Source: Macrostomum lignano
Taxonomy: Eukaryota
Assembly (NCBI GenBank): GCA_002269645.1
Contig: NIVC01000201.1
Coordinates: forward strand, 248,001 to 312,000
DNA: 64,000 nucleotides
Reading direction: 5' to 3'
Position 1 is the first letter of the stretch, and every line of letters starts with the position of its first letter. The position numbers and the translations under genes are program-made. Shown one piece after another: positions 12,453-24,445 of the stretch. The notes under the pieces were generated by a model. That model did not search any database. It was not told the origin of the DNA and saw nothing but the letters and a program-made list of their open reading frames with translations.

Positions 12453-13039
12453 TCGTTCGGAATGAGCTCGCGTGTTTCCCGCTGAACTTAGAGTTCCCGC
12501 TGACCTCTATGTGCAAGCCTATTTGCATGACAGAGGGGTGGCAGGACATTGCTACATTGTACAGATACATTATTAACCAACTGTCCATTTATAGTTGAAT
12601 TTCAGCTCAAACTATAACAAAATCTGTTTAAAAATAATTTAACTTAAAAAAATCATTTTATTTAACAGTCTTCTTCCACAGCATATTATGAAAGACATTC
12701 ATTTATATAATAATAATATTTTTTGTTTTACTTTTCCGACCGCATCAGCAAACATACTCGTATCAAATGAGAGTTTGCCCTGTCAAATTCGCCTTTCAGT
12801 GCATCGTCTTTAAAAAATCAAATACATGTACTAACGGCAGTCATTGGTTCCCAGGTGAAAAATTTTTAGTTTGGCTCTATGTAATCGATTAGATAAAAAA
12901 CGGCTTAACCGATTTTTATGAGACTTGCACTGTTCAGTCAGAATCACAACTAATTTCCGCTGTAAAATTTAAACTCAACTTTCTGAAAATTATTTTACAA
13001 TGCTGCAAAACTAAAAATAAAGTTTAGAAAACAAGAACA

Positions 13040-13335
13040 GATGGCGGAGGGAGAGGGCGGAGGAAGACGGCGTGAGAGGTCGAGAGAAGAGGGCGGGAGA
13101 AGAGGGCGGGAGAGGGTGGAGGAAGATGGCAGGCTAGGGGGGGGAGAGGGCGGTGGGCGAAGGCGGAAGAAGAGGGCGGAGGAAGACGGCGGTAGAGGGC
13201 GGAAGAAGAGGTCGAGAAGAGGGCGGGAGAGGGCGGAGGAAAAGGGCAGGCCAGGGAAAAGAGAGGGTAGGTGAGAGCGGTGGGCAGAGGCGGAAGAAGA
13301 GGGCGGGAGAGGGCGGAGATAGAGGACAGAGGGAG
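13040..13335. repeat. Purine-rich (GAG/GGA) low-complexity tract
   Basis: Composition seen directly. Confidence 0.85.
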
Positions 13336-14399
13336 ATGCATACGTTTTTGGTGCACAAGCCGAATTTGAAGGGGAACTCAGGCGAAGATGTGCAATACGA
13401 CCCAGGTGTGTTCTCGACATTCGAGTATAATATATTGTTTTTTTGCACACAATACTCAGCAAAATTGAAAACAGCCACCCTAGAGCATTGACAGAGCTAC
13501 TGAAATGAGCTCACTTACACAGACTAATTCTCGAAAAGTTATCAAAATAAACCAAGTTTGTTGTCAGCAACCCTTGCCCATTTCTCAATCTCAATTATCT
13601 TAATTAGCAGGCTCGAATAAGTCATTTCTGTGCACGCTTAGTCAATCACAAATGAAAATTCAAATGACGCAGGTTTTTCAAAATCTCGTTCAGGCCCACA
13701 GGGTACAATCAACTCAAATGAGTCACCGACTCATGCAACATGAAATGAAAATTGACGTGCAAAATGCAAATCAAAAGCAACCAAAGCGAAGTAAACTAGA
13801 TCTCACTGAAAATCATGAAATTCAAAGAGCCAGCTCATTGTGTGCACGGTTAATTAACACATTAGACAGGGTGGGGTTCGTTTCTGCGCTAATTAGGCTA
13901 AGATCTACATTTCATCTCGCACAATATATCGTGCGAGATCGTGCGCCCACCACACCTGGGGGAGGTCGGGGGTGACTGACATGGCAATTTCCTTACCCTG
14001 GCCAAACCCGCGCGCAGTGTCTATTCTAAATTTTATCGATCGATCGAAGGGTGGGGTTGGGGTGCCTGCTAGCCCTTATAAAGATGTGTTTAGAACTGCA
14101 GCCTGAACCACTTGCTACGTTCGTAGGCTACTTTGTTTGAATTCATCAGTGTCTTGGCAAGCAGCTCAATTTGGTGAGTTTATTAATTACCAACTCTAAT
14201 TATACACTGCCATTATATGCTTTCAAGCAGGAATTATGCTTATATCTACGTCTGTTGTACAAGATCGTCTCTTGACCATCTAATGCATCTGAATAGTTCG
14301 CCTTTGGCACTCTAGTGACTAGCTAGGGAATGAAAGGAGCAGAGGAAAATAAGTCGGTGCCTAAACTCACGAACTCCCTCTTCCATACAATGAGTCTCG

Positions 14400-14545
14400 G
14401 GACAAGGTTGACAAATTTGGGTTAACACCATATTTTAGAACTGAAAAATAAGTTACTGAAAACCGTTTTTTTGCAACAATAGGACAATGGGTCATAGGAT
14501 GATCATTCGCTGTGTATCTGAGACAAGCCTTCGGATTACTAAAAG
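14400..14545. repeat. Dispersed segment B, duplicated at ~31138-31282
   Basis: Near-identical CAAGGTTGACAA...GCCTTCGGATTACTAAAAG at both places. Confidence 0.9.
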
Positions 14546-16129
14546 CAGTGATCGACATTCTCCAGCATCCGTAGGCAGTGATGGAGTATTCTCCAGCATC
14601 TGTAGGCAGTGATCGACATTCTCCAGCATCCGTAGGCAGTGATCGACATTCTCCAGCATCCGTAGGCAGTGATGGGCACTCTCCAGCATCCGTAGGCAGT
14701 GATGGGCACTCTCCAGCATCCGTAGTCAGTGATGGAGCATTCTCCAGCACCTGTAGGGAGTGATGGTCATTCTCCAGCATCCGTAGGCAGTGATGGTATT
14801 CTCCAGCATCCGTAGGCTGTGATGGGCACTCTCCAGCATCCGTACCCGGGCTGCCAAAAAACGTTCGTCCAACGAAAAGGATATTGGGCAAAGTGAATAG
14901 TCGTATGGGCTGTTGAAAAAACGTTGGAACAATGTGGGACATTCAACGAAGGAAAATACCGCACATTTGCGGCACATTTACTTTTAGTAGCATCATACGC
15001 ATGTTTGTATACCTGTACAAAATAGACGAATTGGGCGGAAATTTTTTGAAAAACTGTTTACTGTTAATCGGGTAAACTAATCCGTTCCCGCTTGTATTAA
15101 TTATGCAAAGCTTTTTGTACATGTAGCTCGAAGATAAGATGAAAAAATAAATTCGCTGGACGACGCTACGGAAGCTGAAACTGTTTTTCTGCTACATGTA
15201 CGAGCGTACAGGCAGCTATAGCTGAGCTGATGGCAATTACAATGAATCAGATATTTCTGTTATAAGTTACATTACACGTACTATTAATTATGAGCTTAGT
15301 TTCCAGTTTGCTGAAGGCGCCGAATAACTTTATATTTTGATTTTGATTTTGATGGTCGGGTGAAAAACGTCTTCATACATGTATAATATGGTTGCCCGTT
15401 AGTTAGCTACTACTGACAGTAAGGTCCTAAAGAGTATTCGTTTGAAAGCATCAATATAACCCACTGGAAAATCACACCCGATTACTCAATTAGTTGTAGA
15501 AAACAGTTGGGTTCACGGAAAGATACGATTTTTCCATGGAATCGTTCTGGAATTCTATAGAATTCTATAGAATATTTGTTCCTATTGGTTGAAGCGCGGC
15601 CAATTGAGAGAACACTGACAGCCTCCCCCACCAAACCGCAACAGAGAAAGAATGACACGGTGGGGTGACAGTTGACAGTAAAAAGGTGTGTGTATACTGT
15701 AAACTCCATGCACTAATATTTTTCCTATATTTCCTATCCTTCTAACCAATTACAGCATTAAGTCTGTCTTTCAAAGCAATATAAACCACTTCCTTTATAT
15801 TTGTAAGGGTGCTTTCGTGATCTTCTAAGTGCAGTATAGAGCATCCATTCGTTCATTTCTATAAAATAGAATTTCTCATTCTCAATTAAAACATTGAGTA
15901 CTGGTACTGGTCCTCGTCGTTCGTCACGTCATCCCGAAACGCTGCCTTCGAATATTTGGAAAGCGGATTAATCTAGAGACACGATTCTTTCTGCGGGTGA
16001 TACCGACTGGCACACTCTAATGATGTGTAGAATCCCAAAGCTGAGGCTACTGATACAGCTTGGCAATTCCTGATTGATTTTCCCGGATTTGCCCATTTGC
16101 CCGGAATTCCTGCTACTTGCATGTGCGAC

Positions 16130-16320
16130 GCTTCTGCTCATCTGAGCCTCTTATAACACCCCAGTGAACTCTTTCCAAACCAACATGATTTCTGTTGTGA
16201 GCAGCCTGTCAGATACCCGTTGCATACTAGGCATTGATGAACTTCACTGCAAAGCGCTTGTTTTCGCTCTAAATGGCAAGTTGGTTGCCTTTCCACTGTT
16301 GCACACTATAGGATGCGAAT
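16130..16320 (+). pseudogene. C-terminal remnant of a CACTA transposase (outer element)
   Basis: Frame reads YNTPVNSFQTNMISVVSSLSDTRCILGIDELHCKALVFALNGKLVAFPLLH, resembling the animal EnSpm C-terminal pattern FYxxPxxS...K...xPLLH; upstream frames are broken. Confidence 0.5.
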
Positions 16321-19300
16321 AATTATTTACGGCGCCTCAATTTATTCCCCGCTTTTGTAATTTACCGTGTAGCTCGCTGTTCTTCGAATTCATTAGTTTT
16401 TTTTCTGTTTTTTGTATTCAATAGAAAAAAACAATAATTTTGTGCAGCTGGTTTTTTTCATATTCATGAAATGAATGAATTTATTTGTACCATGTTACCT
16501 CCTAGTTTATAGAAGCAAAGCAATGCCAAAGCGCATATTGTTTTACCAAAAGCAAGTTCATTGATCGACGAGAATATTTCCTGGTCAGAAGGTTGATAAA
16601 AGATAAGATCTGTTCTTATCAAGAAGCTATTGAAGCATCGTGGGAATTGCAGCCAAGCATATGCTATAGCATTATTCTATACTAGCTCTGTACAACATAT
16701 ATAGCGTATGCTTGCTTTCGCGTTAACTGAGAATGAATTTAGTCCCCCACCCCCAACTTAGGGACATTTTAAAGCAAAACACAAAGAACAAAGAAGCACG
16801 GAACAAAGAATTCTTGAGCCAACTTCAATGAATGATATTCTTACAAGGTGCATTTTAGGTGCAAATAAAGTGACACTATATGGAATCGGTGAGAGAAAAA
16901 CAGCCTGCCTGAACCGGCTGAACGTGAACTTTTCCAAAAATAAAAGACCCCCCATAATCCAGTAAACAGACGCTCTGATACGAGCGTACGCGTTGATTGC
17001 TGTAGAATTTTTTGATCCTGATATTTTAAATCATCTTGTAGTAAGTAAAATTGGCATATACGGGCGTATTAACACATTTATTTTTTATCTGTCTATTCTG
17101 TTATTCTGCTGTGCCACTGCTCAAAAGTGTGCAATATCCAGTGGCTAACACGCGAGAAGTTGAAATCCTCTTCCCAATCAATCCATTAGTTTCATATTTT
17201 CTCCTGCGCTTCTTGTCAGTTTCTCCACTTAGCTTTTTAGTTTGTATTTATTTGCTTTATAAATTTTAATTAACCTAAGGTAGCATAAATTTCTACATTG
17301 AAATAAAATTTCGAATCGTGCATTTTAAATCTGCAACAGACAGGCACGAATCTTTTCTTGCCCAACTGGATTTCACGAGTTGTTTGTTGTTGGACACATT
17401 ATGAAATCAAATATAATCATAACAGTGGTGGGTCTAGGGTCTAGAATTTCATTTAAGGGGGCGGTCCAAGTTTGGGGCGCCAACATAAATATCAGGGGCG
17501 CCAATTTTTAAGCTAGGGGGCGCAGAAATCAAGTTAAAGGGCTCCCCCAAAAAACTTAGGTCTTGGGGGAAGCAATATTTTTTATCAAGCTGTTTTTGGG
17601 GGGGGGGGGCGGCCGCCCTTGAATAGATCCGCCCCTGAATCATAGTTATATTTGTAAAATGCTGCAGTTTATAAATAGCTCATAAGGGTCTAAAATGAAA
17701 AAGCTGCAATTAAAAAAATTAATTTTGTTAAGTGTAAAAACTTAAAGTATGGAACTGGGAATTTTGGATTGGTAAAGCTGGAAGCGTGGGCCGCATGAAC
17801 ACTATTGCGCCTCCCGTGAGTTCAGATGTTGGCGCGTCCAATGCCGTGCGACTTCACAGTCTACTAAATTTTAAAGTAACATTCAGCTCAGCTGCTTCTC
17901 ATTGGGTCGTGCGGGGAAATTTTTTAAACCTCCTTCCTGTATGCAAAAATTTCAAACCAATCGGAAGATCTGAACCATGAAACCTATTCTAACATTTGTT
18001 TTTTATTTCCGTTTCATTCCCTATCGCAAAGATTTGCATGTATCACGACTGATTATATGCTTTAAGATCGTATTTAGCACAACTTTGAGACAGCATGTCA
18101 TCGGACAACAGGTTTGTCTTGGTTCTTTTTGAAGACGATAGTGTAGAAATCGTCCTAAAAGAATGGTTTGAAAGCGGAACTTCTGTGCACTGGCCCCCTG
18201 CAGCAGAGTACAATCAAGCCATCAAAGGCCACAGGACACCGAATGAGAACTGGGCTGTGGAAACCGTTGAAGTTGTCGGATCTTGAGGTAAGACAAGGGT
18301 CCATTCCATTTAATTACTCAACAATTCTTTCTTGGGCAATCGCATCTCACACCAGGGAAAATGCCTTTTAATTTTAAACTTCAGCCACTCTCCCAGAGGC
18401 CGTTAAACTACGACGGCGCTTCCCAGTGGTTAGAAAAATTGGGGCGTACCCTCTAGGCCGGCGCCCCGGCGGCCCTCAAGGGTACGCCCCATCCCGCAAG
18501 ATAAAAGTTTGTAGGTTTTCTTCTTTGAAATATTTTTGTGAGGAAATTATGTAAAGAGCAGAATTTTTAAAGTTGATTTTTTTAGTTTCGGGTGTTTTTG
18601 TGCTCAAACCTGACAGTACGCCTTTCAGTACGTGCAGTGGACAGTGGGGCGAACTATTGATATCCTTATTAATTATTTTCTTGTATAATGAGCTCATTAT
18701 TTATTTGCATTGACCAATCCTCATACTACAGCTAACTTGAACTTTTAACCCTTTGAGCAGCCATCTCTTTGAAAAAATTGCTGCAAGCTCCAAAGTGGGG
18801 TATAGGCGACTCGTGCAAATTTTTCTGAGTTCCATACACTTCAGAAATTGGATGTGAACGCAAAAGTGTGCGTTTTAGCCTACCTACTTATAAGTAATAC
18901 CTTTTGATCTTCGAAATCAACGCAACAAAAAATATATTTTTTAATACTCCAGTACTTAAGCACTAGCGCATGTACAATATTGCTTGTATTCTTAAGTTTT
19001 CATTTAGATGAGTCCGATTTGGTGGTCAATTCAGGATTTTTAAAGTAGTGGGGGCAGATTTGCCCAAATTTTTGTTTTGGCCTAAAAAGCCAAAGTAAGC
19101 TCAAAATTTACCCCCCTTATATGCAAGTCTAGCCATGGCAAAGGGGGCGGCCGCCGGGTCTACTACATCTACGAGTACATTTGACCGCCACAATTTGATC
19201 GCCGTTCTATTCAAGGTGAAATAGGGCGGCGGGCAAATTGTCTGGCGGGCAAATTGTGGCGGTCTCCGCTGTCGGTCTCCCGCGGCCGCGCCCCCCCCCC

Positions 19301-19689
19301 CTTGGATAGTGGCGTAAACAAATACTCATTTCAAAGTTTTACATGTAAGTAGGCGGCATACCCTTGCACAAGGTTGCATAATTATTTGAAAGCCGTATGC
19401 TTGTATGGGGTGGACAGTTGACAGTCGAAATGCCTATATCTACATGTACCTCCATACAGTAATACTTTTCCTATTAAACAACAATTAAGGTCAAAGATAA
19501 CATATGCGTATGCCAGCAAAGGTTTAAAATTTTCAATAATTAATTGTACGGTACAATGCGATAGCAAAACAAACTAATCTTAGATGCAGCTGTTATCTAG
19601 AATCTCGATTTATCTTCCAGAATTTTAGAGAAATACAACTAGGACAGGGGAAATCCCGGAAAATCAATCAGGTTTGCCAAGCTGTATTA

Positions 19690-20250
19690 AAGGGGGACCA
19701 AGCGCATTTTTACCAAAATACAGAGCCACCCCTCCGCCCCCTTGGGTCTTTACCCTTCAGAATCCGCCCCCCCCCACATAAGAAATTTCTGCTTGCGCCA
19801 CTGCTAACAGTTCAAGTAATTCTGGAGAGCACAGAGTGCTGTCTAGAGAAGCTGTTCAGGCTTGGCACAACGCGCCCGCCAAAATTTTGTTAATGTCAAC
19901 TTTTGCTCATTGTAATGTTCGAAATTCCTTGCCAAGGATTGGCTAACTATTTTACTTTAAGTGCCAGATAGAGAATCTAGCTCAAGACTGCGGGCCAGAA
20001 GGAGGGGAGAGGGGAGAGATGTGAGATGTGAGAGGAGGGAAGAGAGGAGAGAGGCGAGATGAGAGAAAGAAGGGAGATAAGGGGAGAGAGGAGAGAGGCG
20101 AAAGGAGAGATGTCAGAGGAAGGGAGCAAGCAGTAGCGCAACCAGAAATTTTTTGAGGGGGGGCGGATTCTGGAAGGTAAAGTCCCGTGAGGGGGGGGGC
20201 GGAGGGGAGGCTCTGTTTTTGGCGAAAATTCGCTTGGTCCCCCCTTCAAT
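19690..20250. repeat. Two inverted copies of a ~115-bp GC-rich small element (19690-19803 and 20131-20250) around a GA-rich spacer
   Basis: The reverse complement of 20131-20250 aligns by eye with 19690-19803 (GGACCAAGCG...CAGAATCCGCCCCC...GAAATTTCTG.TTGCGC.ACTG). Confidence 0.8.
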
Positions 20251-22055
20251 TTTTTCTGGGTCTCCGCCTATTAGCAAAAAAGCTGAGAAGAGATGCAAAC
20301 CTTGAGCGGGCTGGATTGTTATTGGCATGGGAAGTTAGAAAGGACCCGAGGGCCGGATAGAGAGACTGCGGGCCGCATGTGGCCCGTGGGCTGGTGTTTG
20401 CTGACCCCTGCAGCCTGCAGTAGGCTATGCATGACGGGCCCAGTTAACTGCATAATGGCAAATAAGAGACATGGGAGATTGGAGATAGGAGACTGTCTCC
20501 CCTGTCTCCCCTTCATTTATCTCCCCGATTACGAGTAGGGCACAGTCACTCAGTCACATTTTGATACATAGACATAGATATTTTCTCAGTTTTCATATTC
20601 ATAGGCGGTCAGAGCTCAAATGGGACAGGTCATGAATAAATAACAATCTAACCCCCGCCTTGTCATTTTTCCGGATGAATAAATCCACTGAATCATAAGG
20701 TTTCAAAGTGCATTTGCGTTCTCATGACAGTTTTTTGCCACTCAATTATTCTAGTCTTACTGAATCCCCGAGTTAACAGAAAATTATAGCTCGGCGCACG
20801 TCCGCCAGCTTGAATATTCTCGCTATATTGTTCTCTATTTGCGATCGTCTTTTACAACCCGACATCAATAAAACCCGTGTGGGCTTTATCTCTCATTAAC
20901 AGAAATCTCTCATCAATTATAGCCTGTATAAAGCTTACTCATTTAGAGTTGCTCTTAGAAAAATGTTTTGAATTTCCTGGCCAGTGGCAATAACCCGTAA
21001 TGACAGGGCAATGCAAGGAATTATTTTAACCTAGAGGTGACAGCTAATTTTGGCCAATTCATTTCAGTTGGGGTGGGGGGTCAGAAGAAAGGCTAGAGAA
21101 GTGATATGGGAATTTATACGTTGTACCGTTCTTGCCTGCTTAAGCGAACCTATGCGAAACAAACAAACTGTCCTGACTCCTTATCAGTGCAGGTCATCAA
21201 GTTTTTTCTATTCCCATATTGCACCAAAGATAAAGGAAGAACAAAGACGAATTTCGTGCGAGGCTTGACAAGGTCTGAACTATATATGTATATTTTATAA
21301 GTTACAACCTAGCATAAACACATAAATACTTTGATACGGAAAGTATTGATTCGATCTGACCTAAAATAGGTGCCAGCAAAAGAAAGAAAATATTCATAGC
21401 ATTTTATATGTGCTTAAAAGTAAAACCAGATGGTAACAGATGGAAATTGCAGTTGTACAGCTAGTTGATTATTATCAATGGGATAAGTAAAATATTACAA
21501 AAATTCTGTTGGCTTGAATTGGAGGTAGGAATATTGTATACAATACCATTAGTATTTCATATACTGGGGTTTAAGAAAATAAATCCCCCATTTCAGCCGC
21601 ATCACCTCCCACTAAGTTTCCGGCCCCTCCACCCCTCCTACACAGTTTTGAGCTAAATTACCCCTCCGGCCTCTATAACACCGAATTTTAAGCTGTACCT
21701 AATTCTAGGGTTCAAGAATGTAAACAATAAAGAGAGAAGCAATATAATCAGTCTCTAAAATAACTCCAGTTCATGAATGACCGATCGCCAGGCTTGTAGT
21801 AAACTCGTGAAACTGCGGATCCTAAAAGTAAAGATAAAATGGCAGTTTGCGATCGAGTATGCATCGTAATATACTAATATTTAACTCATAATCCACAATC
21901 ATGTCTGCGTGTTGAAGCTGAGAACATATTCAGGAAGAAATTGCATAATTGCAGAATACAGGGAATACGAGAATCGAGATAGAAGGAAATCGGATTGATA
22001 TAAAAAAACAGAGAAAGATATTTTTAGTACTCACTTGCGACTCACGCGTCCTACA

Positions 22056-24081
22056 TCAGGCCTCCTCGGAGTCACCTGTCAGAGGAATGACAAAAAATGG
22101 CTTGCTGGATCCCTGTCCGCTCCAGCAAGATTGGCAAGCAGATTCGCAGGCAAAATCCAGCACTTTCGCTCAGGTGTGCCAGTTAGAACACCAGATGTCA
22201 TCCTGTACAAGCCGATTCCCAGACGCAAAGATGGATATGGTTGGCGTAGATGTTGTCAACTGGGTGTAAAATCCTGCCAGTGACTTGATTAGCTTCACTT
22301 ACAGCTTCGATTAGGACGCATACTTTGTCGATTATGCAACAATTATCACCTCGCTTTGTGCTGAATTTCAACGGTGGAATGCGCTGCTCATTCAACAGAA
22401 GATCGCGAACTCTGAGCACCTGCTTAACTGAATGCGCTGCCATGTGCCTTGTCACCTTTACGCGGCGCTTTACAGATCCAAGAAAGTTTTCGAAAGGGAA
22501 AGTCGAAAAGTTGTTTAAACTGCCTAGCTTTCGGACAAACTCATCCAAATGAAGAATAGTGTGAAGATTGAAACTTATAAACTTCTGGCTGTAAAGATGG
22601 GCAGCCCGTTCAACAAAAACTTCAATGCAAGTTTTTGCCTGCGTCCACCACTTGGAGTACCTTTCGTTGGAGTATGCGTAAATGGCGAAATGGAGGTAAA
22701 GAAAGTGGTTATACCTTTCTTCATTTAAAATGCCTTTGAAGAGGACAGGTCCTAGGTACAGCAAGTACTGTCTGAATTCAGTAGCCTTCATGTGCTTTAG
22801 TTCCAAGTCGATTTTCCGGGGTCTTCGTTGAAAGTTTGAAGGTGTCCAACCGGCAGCCATAGTAATTCGGTCGCCCAATAGGCTCATCGGACCGGGATAG
22901 ACGAGACACTTCTTGCCATTAGATTTGTCGAAAAATAGGTAAAATAGCTTCCTTGTGACTCCAAGGCAGACGGCATGCTGGTAGTCAGGGGGAAAAGCAT
23001 CGACAAAACTAATGTTAGGCAAATTTAGAAGGGGCGATAGAGCGATTTTTTTATTTTCCTGGTTAGACTCCTTTCCCTCTCGGTATTGTTGGCTGCTACG
23101 AGACTCCCCGACGCTCGTTGAAAATGTTACTCTGTTGTCGGTATAAGGTCCAGTATCCCTGCAGTACATGCAACCGACGTACGACATGTGCCCTAGAGTT
23201 ACTGAGACCCAGGCTCGAGCAGGCGCATCGCAAACAAATCGGATAGTCGAGAAGCTGATGCTTAAATTTTCGATAATTTTTATGGGACCCGTAAGAAAAC
23301 GTTTAGCCTCGTCGCAAAATTGTCGAAGATAATCATTCAGAGGTGGCTTGCCACAACCAGCCCATACGGCTACTGGAAAAGGTCTGCTGAATACGCTGGG
23401 AATAGACATTAGTATGGGCCAAAGACCGAAGTGGCTTGCTCGGTACAAAGGCAAGCCGTCAAAATTAACGATGGCTTCAATTTTGTAAACCTTCTCAGTT
23501 TCACTATCGTGTTGTAGATATTCTGGCTTCATGTGCGGCTGGTTTTTGCGAAACATTAGTTCTAGATTTTTCAGAATCGAAATGTAGCGAAAATGGCCTT
23601 TTCCCATGGACTCCAATTTTTCCGTTGGATCGCCAGCATTGATGACGGCCTCAATAGAGTTGACAGACTTCGGCGCAGGCAAGCCTATGTCTCTTAGACC
23701 ATCAACAAGGAATTTTTTAGATCCACGACTTAGGTTGAAACAAGAAGAGTAGACTACCAGCAAGGCGAATATTTTATCTTCTAAAGAGCGGTCATCCTCT
23801 TTCTTGTCAATCTCCTCATCTTCATCCCTGCAAACTCGCGCGAACTCGTCAAAATCAGGATAGCTGCCATTGTCGTTGCCAAGATCTGGATCCGTACCTT
23901 CATTGACTTCTGCTACAGAGGACTCCGAAGCGATGAAACCGGCGACTCTCCCAGAATCATCTGCTTCGACTACTTTTCTTTTTTTCTCTTGCAGTGCGAT
24001 GTCTTCCAAAGCTTCTTGTTCTCCTTCCATGAACAAGCCCAGCAAATCCTTATTTGCTTGTCGCCTCAATTGCCTTGTCAT
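22056..24081 (-). CDS. CACTA/EnSpm DDE transposase, with one frameshift near the C-terminus
   Basis: The 627-aa ORF has VNFDGLPLY...LWPIL, CDAPARA...HMSYVGCMYC, PDYQHAVCLGV, KATEFRQYLLYLGP, FNLHTILHL and FSTFPFENFLG. A shifted frame from ~22240 continues PYPSLRLGIG...KCWILP...FFVIPL to a TGA at ~22056. Confidence 0.92.
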
Positions 24082-24445
24082 TGTTTTCGTCCGAATCAGA
24101 CTTTGATGATAGTTGACTGTTGTAATAAAGTAATTACTACGATTGCTTATTTCGTATTAAAGAAAGTATATGAACAAAAGCTGGGAAGAATTGAAAACTA
24201 TTCCTTTGGGGGTTTGTGCGCGCTGATTGGACAGGTATGGGTGCGGGGACGGTAGGGCCAATGAAATTAGAAAAGCCAGGGCGGCCTTTTTCATTCGAAG
24301 AACTATAGAAGACAATTGCTTCTAGAAGCAACCTAAACCACTGAATCATTAAATAAGCATAAACTATAGTGTGAGCTCCAAACTCTTGCTTTATTTGGTA
24401 CTCAGTTTTGCACTAGCATAGTCTAGTCTGCATGCTACAACTACA
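24082..24445. promoter_or_regulatory. Putative bidirectional promoter between the transposase and accessory gene A
   Basis: The ATGs are head-to-head 364 bp apart; a GC-rich core has CCAAT boxes in opposite orientations (24226-30, 24258-62). Confidence 0.5.

Noticed and set aside
13041-13491. R/G/E-rich and P/S-rich ORFs
   Set aside because: Artefacts of a purine-rich low-complexity tract.
21050-21300. Possible LINE RT 3' remnant (..FFLFPYCTKD..)
   Set aside because: Only one short motif, with no tail or TSD; too weak to call.
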